Assembly (NCBI GenBank): GCA_041288045.1
Contig: JBGGMM010000107.1
Coordinates: 1 to 13,007, forward strand
DNA length: 13,007 nt
DNA from: Pseudobdellovibrionaceae bacterium
GTDB taxonomy: Bacteria > Bdellovibrionota > Bdellovibrionia > Bdellovibrionales > Bdellovibrionaceae
Direction of reading: 5' to 3'
Every line of letters starts with the position of its first letter. The first letter of the stretch is position 1. The translations under genes and the position numbers were made by a program. The notes beneath the pieces are model-generated. The model saw only the letters and a list, made by a program, of their open reading frames with translations. It was not told the DNA's origin and made no database searches. Positions 7,158 to 13,007 of this stretch are shown one piece after another.

Positions 7158-8493
7158 AAATCAGGGCCTAGCCACAGCGCCTAAAGTTGCCATTGTCGGA
7201 AGACCGAATGTGGGCAAATCCACTTTGTTCAATATTCTGACCGATTCGCGCAAGTCGGTCGTCAAAAACCAAGCCGGAGTCACTCGCGATATCATCGTTG
7301 AGCCCTGCGAAGTTTGGGGAAAACATTTTGATCTGATTGACACTGGCGGGATCACCGAAGCGCACGACACTTTCTCTCAGCTCATCAAAGAGCAAGTGAC
7401 TGAATTTCTGCAGACGGTGGATTTTCTGCTGGTAGTGATGGATGGGCGCTCAGGGCTGATTCCAGAGGACCGAGAAATCATCAAAATCGCCCAGATGACT
7501 GGCAAACCCTTTTTGCTGATTGTGAATAAAATCGATAAACAGCACGAAGAGGATTTAAGAAAAGCCGAATTTTATGAATTTGGCGAAGACGTCATCGCCA
7601 CCAGCTTTGAAAGACGGCATGGAATTTCTGAAATTTTAGAATGGATCCACAAATCTTTGCCCGAAGAAACAGAAAAACTCAAAGAAGGGGTGACGATTGC
7701 CATTGTGGGTAAACCCAATGTGGGCAAAAGCTCCATGGTCAATGCTCTTTTGGGTCAGCGACGGATGCTGGTTTCCGACATTGCCGGCACGACAATCGAT
7801 TCCGTGGACACTCCCTTTGTCTACAATGGACACAAATACATTTTGGTCGACACTGCGGGCCTCAGAAAAAGCGCCAGACGTGAAGATCATTTGGAAATCA
7901 TTTCGGCTTTCAAATCCCAAGAAAGCATTCGCAAAGCTGACATCGTCCTCTTGATGGTGGATGGCACCCAAGGGCCCACCGAGCAGGATGCGAAAATCAT
8001 GCAGGCCATTTTAGAAGATCACAAAGGCGTGATTGTCGTTGCCAATAAATCCGATTTGGGGCGGGTGGAAGTGCCAGAGTATCGCAAAACATTTAAGGAT
8101 CAGATTGAAAAAGTCTTTCACTTTTTCATCGATGTGCCAGTGGTTTTCACATCGGCAAAGACCGAACATGGAATTGACGATTTGCTTGAAAAGATCGAAT
8201 GGGTGAAACAAAAGCTCGAAATGCGAATCACAACTTCGGAGCTCAATGAATTCTTTTTTGAGACCATCCGCAAAGCGCCAGCTCCCGTGTGGGGGATTAA
8301 AAACGTCAAATTTTATTATCTCACTCAGACTTTTCAAAGGCCGCCGGCATTTATCGCATTTGCCAATCATCCAGACGGTGTGGATAATTCCTATCGGCGT
8401 TTTCTGATCAAGAATATGAAAGAGCGCTTTGATCTTGCCGGCATTCCACTGAGGATCTTTGTGATGAAATCCAGGGATTCTCGCAATGCCTAA
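7144..8493 (+). CDS. der: Ribosome biogenesis GTPase Der (EngA)
   Basis: Two tandem G domains (GRPNVGKST/GVTRD/DTGG/NKID and GKPNVGKSS/GTTID/DTAG/NKSD) plus a C-terminal KH-like domain (YLTQ..RPPAF...SYRRFL...GIPLRI). Confidence 0.97.
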   Translation: MSWNENQGLATAPKVAIVGRPNVGKSTLFNILTDSRKSVVKNQAGVTRDIIVEPCEVWGKHFDLIDTGGITEAHDTFSQLIKEQVTEFLQTVDFLLVVMDGRSGLIPEDREIIKIAQMTGKPFLLIVNKIDKQHEEDLRKAEFYEFGEDVIATSFERRHGISEILEWIHKSLPEETEKLKEGVTIAIVGKPNVGKSSMVNALLGQRRMLVSDIAGTTIDSVDTPFVYNGHKYILVDTAGLRKSARREDHLEIISAFKSQESIRKADIVLLMVDGTQGPTEQDAKIMQAILEDHKGVIVVANKSDLGRVEVPEYRKTFKDQIEKVFHFFIDVPVVFTSAKTEHGIDDLLEKIEWVKQKLEMRITTSELNEFFFETIRKAPAPVWGIKNVKFYYLTQTFQRPPAFIAFANHPDGVDNSYRRFLIKNMKERFDLAGIPLRIFVMKSRDSRNA

Positions 8494-9859
8494 ACGCGGT
8501 TCCTGGAAAACGCGATTTGGATTTTACCTGGCTGCCATCGGTTCGGCCTGTGGACTTGGTAATCTCTGGCGATTTCCCTACGTGGTCGGTGAAAACGGTG
8601 GGGGAGCTTTTGTGCTTCTCTATGTGATGTTTTCTCTGCTGATTGGTTTGCCACTTCTGATTGGTGAACTGATGCTTGGAAAATCCACTCACAAATCAAT
8701 TTTAGCTGCCACGCATGCCCTGTCGGGACCCGTTCGAAAATTTGTTTGGGTGGGGCGATTTGCAGTTTTCACAAGCCTGGTTGTTCTTTCTTACTATGCA
8801 GTGATCAGTGGCTGGGTTTTGCATTTTTCCACTCAATTTTTTGTCGGTATGCTCAGTCCTCAGATGCTGATGGAAAAAGGAAGGTTGGATCTGCTTCTTT
8901 CCAATGGTTGGTTGCAGATGGGGCTTGCCAGCGTGCATTTGCTTTTAACGATTGTTGTGGTTTTAAAGGGAGTGCAAGAAGGTCTTGAAAAATGGATTGG
9001 CGCAATGATGCCAATTTTTGCGATATTATTGATTTTGCTGGTGATTAAATCTTTGTCTTTGGACTCTGCGCCTCAAGCTCTGCGATTTCTACTTTATCCT
9101 GATTTTTCCAAACTTCAGCTGAGCTCACCTTTGCATGCGATTGGCCATGTCTGTTTTACTTTGAGCGTGGGATTTGGAACCATGGTGACTTTTGGCAGTT
9201 ATCTGCGGGACGGGGATCATATTCCGACTGCTGGTTTTCGCGTGGCCATAGTTGATACGATGCTTTCATTATTTGCCGGACTTTTGCTTTTTCCCATTGT
9301 CCTTCAAGCTTCCAATATTCCGCTGACGGATCCAGGGTTGTTGTTCGAAGCTCTGCCGCGGTTTTTGTTGCAGATGCCAGGCGGAGTGGCCTTTGGCTTT
9401 GCTTTCTTTGTCTGTCTTTATCTTGCGGCTCTAGGAGCCAGCATTGGACTTTTAGAAGTCATCGTTTCAAATGTTGTGGATCGCACCAAGATTTCTCGGG
9501 TAGCTGCGACCTGGCTCAGTGGAGCTGTGGCGCTTTTTCTCGGGGCTCTGCCGGCGCTTTCTTCGACGACTTTTAAATTTCTGCGCATTGAAGGAAAATC
9601 CTTGTTGGAAATTCTGGATGGATTTTTGATCAATGTGTTTTTGCCTTTGATTGCGCTAGGGATTGCTTGGGCCGTTCGAAAAGGTCTCAACAAACAAGAG
9701 CAAGAAAAGATTTTCGTGGATCAAAATAAAATTGAAAGTGTCGCTCTCTATCCACACTGGCGCATGGTCATGACCTGGGTGATTCCATTGATGATCGCTT
9801 TTGCCTTTTTCTTGCAGATTCTCGCCCTTGTGAAGGGAATTGAGACTTTAGGATTTTAG
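8486..9859 (+). CDS. Sodium-dependent transporter, neurotransmitter:sodium symporter (NSS/LeuT) family, probably for amino acids
   Basis: TM1 signature RFGFYLAAIGSACGLGNLWRFPY, then GENGGGAF, FTLSVGFGTMVTFGSY and about 11 hydrophobic segments. Substrate cannot be determined by eye. Confidence 0.93.
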   Translation: MPKRGSWKTRFGFYLAAIGSACGLGNLWRFPYVVGENGGGAFVLLYVMFSLLIGLPLLIGELMLGKSTHKSILAATHALSGPVRKFVWVGRFAVFTSLVVLSYYAVISGWVLHFSTQFFVGMLSPQMLMEKGRLDLLLSNGWLQMGLASVHLLLTIVVVLKGVQEGLEKWIGAMMPIFAILLILLVIKSLSLDSAPQALRFLLYPDFSKLQLSSPLHAIGHVCFTLSVGFGTMVTFGSYLRDGDHIPTAGFRVAIVDTMLSLFAGLLLFPIVLQASNIPLTDPGLLFEALPRFLLQMPGGVAFGFAFFVCLYLAALGASIGLLEVIVSNVVDRTKISRVAATWLSGAVALFLGALPALSSTTFKFLRIEGKSLLEILDGFLINVFLPLIALGIAWAVRKGLNKQEQEKIFVDQNKIESVALYPHWRMVMTWVIPLMIAFAFFLQILALVKGIETLGF

Positions 9860-9887
9860 GAGCTTTAAAAGCTCATCCCTAAGATCC
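9851..9887. other. Hairpin spanning the convergent stop codons of the transporter and beta-barrel genes
   Basis: GAGCTTT-A-AAAGCTC (9860-9874) is a perfect inverted repeat, extended by GGATTTTAG (9851-9859) pairing with CTAAGATCC (9879-9887, one G:U). No U-tract on either strand. Confidence 0.55.
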
Positions 9888-10656
9888 CAACCAAATCAAA
9901 AGTGTCGCCGCGGGGCTTGACGCCGTAATTGGTGCCAGTAGTTGAATTGACGATGGCGGTGTTTTCATCTTTAAAATTCACGTAACGGTAAGTGGCTTGG
10001 GCTCCGACAAAGGCCTTCCGACGTAGGATCGGAATTTCAATCCCGAGGCCGCCGTTGACGCCGACCGTAGCTTCGCGACTGGCGACGTCGCCTCCTTCAA
10101 TCGTGTAGGTGCGATAGATTTGAGAAAATCCGCCGAGCACATAGGGGTTGAGATCCGCCAATCCACGAGTGACGTTTTGAGTGTTCAAGTAATACTTTAA
10201 GTTCATGTGAATGAAAGTGAGAGAAACATTGCCGCCAAGAGACTCATTGGTGGTTGAGATTTGAAAATCATGATCACCAGTTTGAAATCCTAGCTCCAAA
10301 GCCAGACGAAGGTCGAAAAAGTAAGAGAGAAACAGTCCGTAAGTTGGAGCTGAAGAGTAGAGTTGATTCAGTTCCCCCGTGAAGCTGCGCATTCCCAGCG
10401 CAAAGCCGACAGTGAAAAAGCGGCCATTGCGGAAAAAATTAATGTCGGCCTCCTCGTCGGAGTCTTCATCAAATTCGCTGTAATCTGAAAAAGGATCGTA
10501 GGAATCATCCATATCGGCATCAGCCAATAGATAGTGTTTCTGCGGTGTTGAAGAGGTCATTTCAGAGAGATAAGAACGAGATTGGGCCTGAGCTTGAGCG
10601 AAAAATAAGACGAGCAAAGTTGTGAGAAAGCATGGCAGCGCCAAAGATGATTTCAT
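9865..10656 (-). CDS. Outer-membrane beta-barrel protein (small, OmpA-like barrel) with acidic N-terminal extension
   Basis: Signal peptide MKSSLALPCFLTTLLVLFFAQAQA, amphipathic beta-strand patterns (YGLFLSYFFD, MNLKYY, NPYVLGG, GLGIEIP) and a terminal Phe (GILGMSF). RBS AAGGGG at 10667-10662. Confidence 0.8.
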   Translation of the reverse strand: MKSSLALPCFLTTLLVLFFAQAQAQSRSYLSEMTSSTPQKHYLLADADMDDSYDPFSDYSEFDEDSDEEADINFFRNGRFFTVGFALGMRSFTGELNQLYSSAPTYGLFLSYFFDLRLALELGFQTGDHDFQISTTNESLGGNVSLTFIHMNLKYYLNTQNVTRGLADLNPYVLGGFSQIYRTYTIEGGDVASREATVGVNGGLGIEIPILRRKAFVGAQATYRYVNFKDENTAIVNSTTGTNYGVKPRGDTFDLVGILGMSF

Positions 10657-10685
10657 GAATTCCCCTTCTAGATCCCTGTGTCTTA

Positions 10686-10712
10686 TTATCGAACAAATCG
10701 CTGAAAAACTGA
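10686..10712 (-). promoter_or_regulatory. Putative sigma28-type promoter for the beta-barrel gene
   Basis: Minus strand TCAG (10712-10709), exactly 15 nt, TTCGATAA (10693-10686), about 30 nt upstream of the ATG. Confidence 0.5.
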
Positions 10713-10743
10713 AGAGTTTCGCCTTTATCTAGTTGATCTCAAA

Positions 10744-10756
10744 TCTCAGAATGAGA
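10744..10756. promoter_or_regulatory. Palindrome TCTCA-N3-TGAGA, candidate transcription-factor site
   Basis: Perfect TCTCA-GAA-TGAGA in the divergent intergenic region. Degenerate copies occur at 1835-1847 and 272-284. Confidence 0.45.
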
Positions 10757-10782
10757 CAATGCAGTTTTCGGAGGTCCTCAAC

Positions 10783-12756
10783 ATGAAATTACAGCATTTG
10801 GCTTTTGGATTTTGCATGACTTTCATTCTGACCGCCTGCTCGACATCGCAAACGGCGTCGTCAGAGAAAAAATCAAGCGGCAGCTACCAAGGGCTGGGTC
10901 GAGAGTCCGTGGATGAAAAAACCATCGCTCAATATGCAGCCCCGAGTCTTCCTCAGGATCTTTCTCGAAAAATCCAAAATTTCCTCGACATCCGCTCGCC
11001 TGGTTTGGGGATGCTTTCACCTGATAAGAAAAATCTTTATTTCACTTGGCGGGTCACGGGAACTTCACAGGTTTGGAAGCTGGATCGTCCCAAAGCTTTT
11101 CCTGTGCAGCTCACAGGTGGGGAGGATTCAACGACAATTGCCGGGCAAACTCCGAATGGCAAATGGCTGTTGATTTCCAGAGATCGAAACGGCGAAGAAA
11201 ATCCAGGGCTTTATTTGCAAAGTGCCGAAGGTGGCCCGCTGAAATTGATTCAACACAAAGCCAAAGTGCAGACTTTCTTTCAAGCGGCTCTTTCGGATTC
11301 AAAGACGATCATCTACAGGGCCAATGATGTGAAGCCAGATTCCTACACTTTTTACCGCTATGATATTGAGAGTGCGCGGTCTGAAGCGATTCTTTCTCAA
11401 GACGGGTATTGGTCACTGTCTGATTTCAAAGACGATGGGCGAATTCTTTTCACCAAAGCCATCACCAACACCGCCACTGAAGTTTACGAATGGGATCCGA
11501 AATCCAAACAGTTACGTCCGATCCTGGGGCAGGGTGAAAAAAATGAATTTCAGGTTCAATATTCGGCTCGTGACGGCGAGTTTTTGGTGCTCACTCCGAA
11601 GCTGGGTGAATTTCGAAGACTTTACACATGGGACGGGAAAAAGCTTTCGCCAATCACAGCTGAAATGAAATGGGATGTGGCCGATTTTGGAATTGATTTT
11701 TCAAGAAAGCAGATCGTTTACACGGTGAATGAAGCTGGTTACACCAAAGCTCACGCTTTGGACGCGAAAACTTTAAAGCCAATTGAATTTCCCAAATTTC
11801 CAGATGCGGATCAGATTTACATTGCTCAACTCACTCGCGATGGCAGTCACGCCATGATTGGTGTTGAGACTTCCAAAGGTCCGCGAGTGAGCTATTCCTA
11901 TAACTTTAAAACCAAGCTTCTCACTCAGTGGGTGGTGCCCAGTCAGCCCGAGGTTCGCACTGACACTTTTGCCAAAGCCAGTCTTGAATACTACACCACT
12001 CGTGATGGCACAAAAATTCCGATGTTTGTCAGGCGGCCGGCTTTTTGCCAGGGGAAAAATCTGGAATCTCCTTGCCCTGTGGTTGTGCATTTCCATGGCG
12101 GTCCTGAAGGTCAGACCACTCCTGGGTTTAGCATTTTCGCACAGCTTTTTGTCGATGAGGGCATGATTTTCGTGGAGCCCAATGTGCGGGGCAGTGATGG
12201 CTATGGCAAAACCTGGTTGGATATTGATAACGGACCCAAGCGCTTGAATGTGATCGCCGACATTGAAGATGCGGCTCTTTTCATTAAAAAGAATTGGGCG
12301 GTTCAGGGGAAATCCCCCAAAGTCGGTGTGATGGGCTGGAGCTACGGAGGTTATTCGACTTTGGTGGCAATGACCATGTTCGCTGGGAGCTATGATGCCG
12401 GTGTCGCTTTGGTTGGAATGAGTGATCTTCTGACTTTCCTCAATAACACCGCACCTTACCGCCGTGCTTTAAGAACCCCTGAGTACGGGGATCCAGTGAA
12501 AGATAAAGAGGCTTTGATCAAGCTTTCACCAGTGACCTATTTGGATCGAGTGAAAAATCCACTGATGATCGTCCAAGGAGCCAACGACCCCCGAGTTCCC
12601 GTCGGCGAGGCCATTCAAATTCACAAACTGCTCGAGTCAAAAAAAATCCCAAGCTCGCTGATTATTTTTGCCGACGAAGGACACGGAACCGACAAGCGCT
12701 CAAACAAAGTTTTAGAGCTCGGTCACGCCATGGGATTTCTGAAGAAAAACCTTTGA
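10783..12756 (+). CDS. S9-family (prolyl oligopeptidase / acylaminoacyl peptidase-like) serine peptidase, predicted lipoprotein
   Basis: Beta-propeller-type N-terminal region, then HFHGGPEGQ, PNVRGSDGYG, catalytic GWSYGG, ANDPRV (Asp) and DEGHG (His). Start moved to ATG 10783: GGAGG at 10770-10774 and a lipoprotein signal MKLQHLAFGFCMTFILTA-C. Confidence 0.93.
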   Translation: MKLQHLAFGFCMTFILTACSTSQTASSEKKSSGSYQGLGRESVDEKTIAQYAAPSLPQDLSRKIQNFLDIRSPGLGMLSPDKKNLYFTWRVTGTSQVWKLDRPKAFPVQLTGGEDSTTIAGQTPNGKWLLISRDRNGEENPGLYLQSAEGGPLKLIQHKAKVQTFFQAALSDSKTIIYRANDVKPDSYTFYRYDIESARSEAILSQDGYWSLSDFKDDGRILFTKAITNTATEVYEWDPKSKQLRPILGQGEKNEFQVQYSARDGEFLVLTPKLGEFRRLYTWDGKKLSPITAEMKWDVADFGIDFSRKQIVYTVNEAGYTKAHALDAKTLKPIEFPKFPDADQIYIAQLTRDGSHAMIGVETSKGPRVSYSYNFKTKLLTQWVVPSQPEVRTDTFAKASLEYYTTRDGTKIPMFVRRPAFCQGKNLESPCPVVVHFHGGPEGQTTPGFSIFAQLFVDEGMIFVEPNVRGSDGYGKTWLDIDNGPKRLNVIADIEDAALFIKKNWAVQGKSPKVGVMGWSYGGYSTLVAMTMFAGSYDAGVALVGMSDLLTFLNNTAPYRRALRTPEYGDPVKDKEALIKLSPVTYLDRVKNPLMIVQGANDPRVPVGEAIQIHKLLESKKIPSSLIIFADEGHGTDKRSNKVLELGHAMGFLKKNL

Positions 12757-13007
12757 TCGGGAGCGGGCTCATGCGCTGCTAGGGACACAGGTCGCCTGTG
12801 CTCGGGTTTTGGGCTGCGCATGGGCGGTTCTCCCGTTGGCTTATCTTCGCCTTGGTTTCGCTGGAGCTTTCTTTTCGGTCGTGAAATCAAACCTCGAGCT
12901 TCCATCTGATTGAGAATCAGGTATTCCACCACCGACTTGAAATCCCGACCCCACGAAATGAGACGAGTAAAGGGGCGAAGGGTAAAAAGAGTTTTCAAAT
13001 GAGGCTT
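12723..13007 (-). mobile_element. C-terminal fragment of a probable HUH Y1 transposase-like protein (IS200/RAYT-like); 5' end outside window
   Basis: Frame is open to the window edge: KPHLKTLFTLRPFTRLISWGRDFKSVVEYLILNQMEARGL. The F-x2-RPFTR-x3-WGRDF-x5-Y-x3-N pattern parallels the Y1 transposase C-terminal strand and catalytic-Tyr helix (YIxxN); Tyr codon at 12923-12921. The HUH motif itself is not in the window. Confidence 0.65.
12758..12835. repeat. 78-nt imperfect palindrome (REP/REPIN-like or HUH-element end hairpin)
   Basis: CGGGAG (12758-12763)/CTCCCG (12830-12835); GCTCATGCGC (12767-12776)/GCGCATGGGC (12816-12825, one G:T); apical CACAGG-TCG-CCTGTG (12786-12800). Confidence 0.7.

Noticed and set aside
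10759..10782. Track start for the S9 peptidase at 10759
   Set aside because: GGAGG at 10770-10774 points to ATG 10783, which also gives a canonical 18-aa lipoprotein signal before the Cys.
348..12166. The many short or antisense ORFs in the track (e.g. 385-891 +, 1264-1767 +, 2552-3070 -, 3439-4155 -, 4152-4559 -, 8011-8370 -, 11773-12096 -)
   Set aside because: They lie within or antisense to well-supported genes and show no recognisable motifs; treated as shadow ORFs.
12906..12920. CTGATT-GAG-AATCAG inverted repeat
   Set aside because: 6-bp AT-rich stem inside the conserved coding part of the Y1-like gene; expected by chance.
1..13007. The whole block as a composite mobile element bounded by the HNH and Y1-like genes
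   Set aside because: The cargo is essential housekeeping genes, no shared terminal repeats are visible, and the two edge genes are unrelated families.
1..13007. CRISPR arrays, tRNA or rRNA genes
   Set aside because: No regularly spaced repeats or cloverleaf/rRNA signatures seen; all intergenic gaps are under about 200 nt.

Overview
Mostly a housekeeping region, probably from a Bdellovibrionota-like bacterium (inferred from gene order and protein families, not verified). The core is a seven-gene + strand operon in which every junction overlaps: cysteine desulfurase, mnmA, mtaB, rnc, era, der and an NSS-family Na+ symporter. Upstream and divergent is an uncharacterised ~480-aa protein (GspE/PilB-N-like N-terminus, long acidic linker, GAF-like C-terminus) with a good sigma28-like promoter. 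Downstream are a convergent outer-membrane beta-barrel gene, also with a sigma28-like promoter, and a lipoprotein S9 peptidase. Both edges carry truncated mobile-type genes that the ORF track misses or mis-starts. At 2-241 is the C-terminus of an HNH endonuclease. At 12723-13007 is the C-terminus of a probable HUH/Y1 (IS200/RAYT-like) transposase, whose 3' end overlaps a 78-nt REPIN-like imperfect palindrome. Other unexplained non-coding structure includes a highly base-paired operon leader that can sequester the first RBS, a hairpin spanning two convergent stop codons, and a TCTCA-N3-TGAGA palindrome recurring in the intergenic regions. All family calls come from motifs read by eye; no searches were run.
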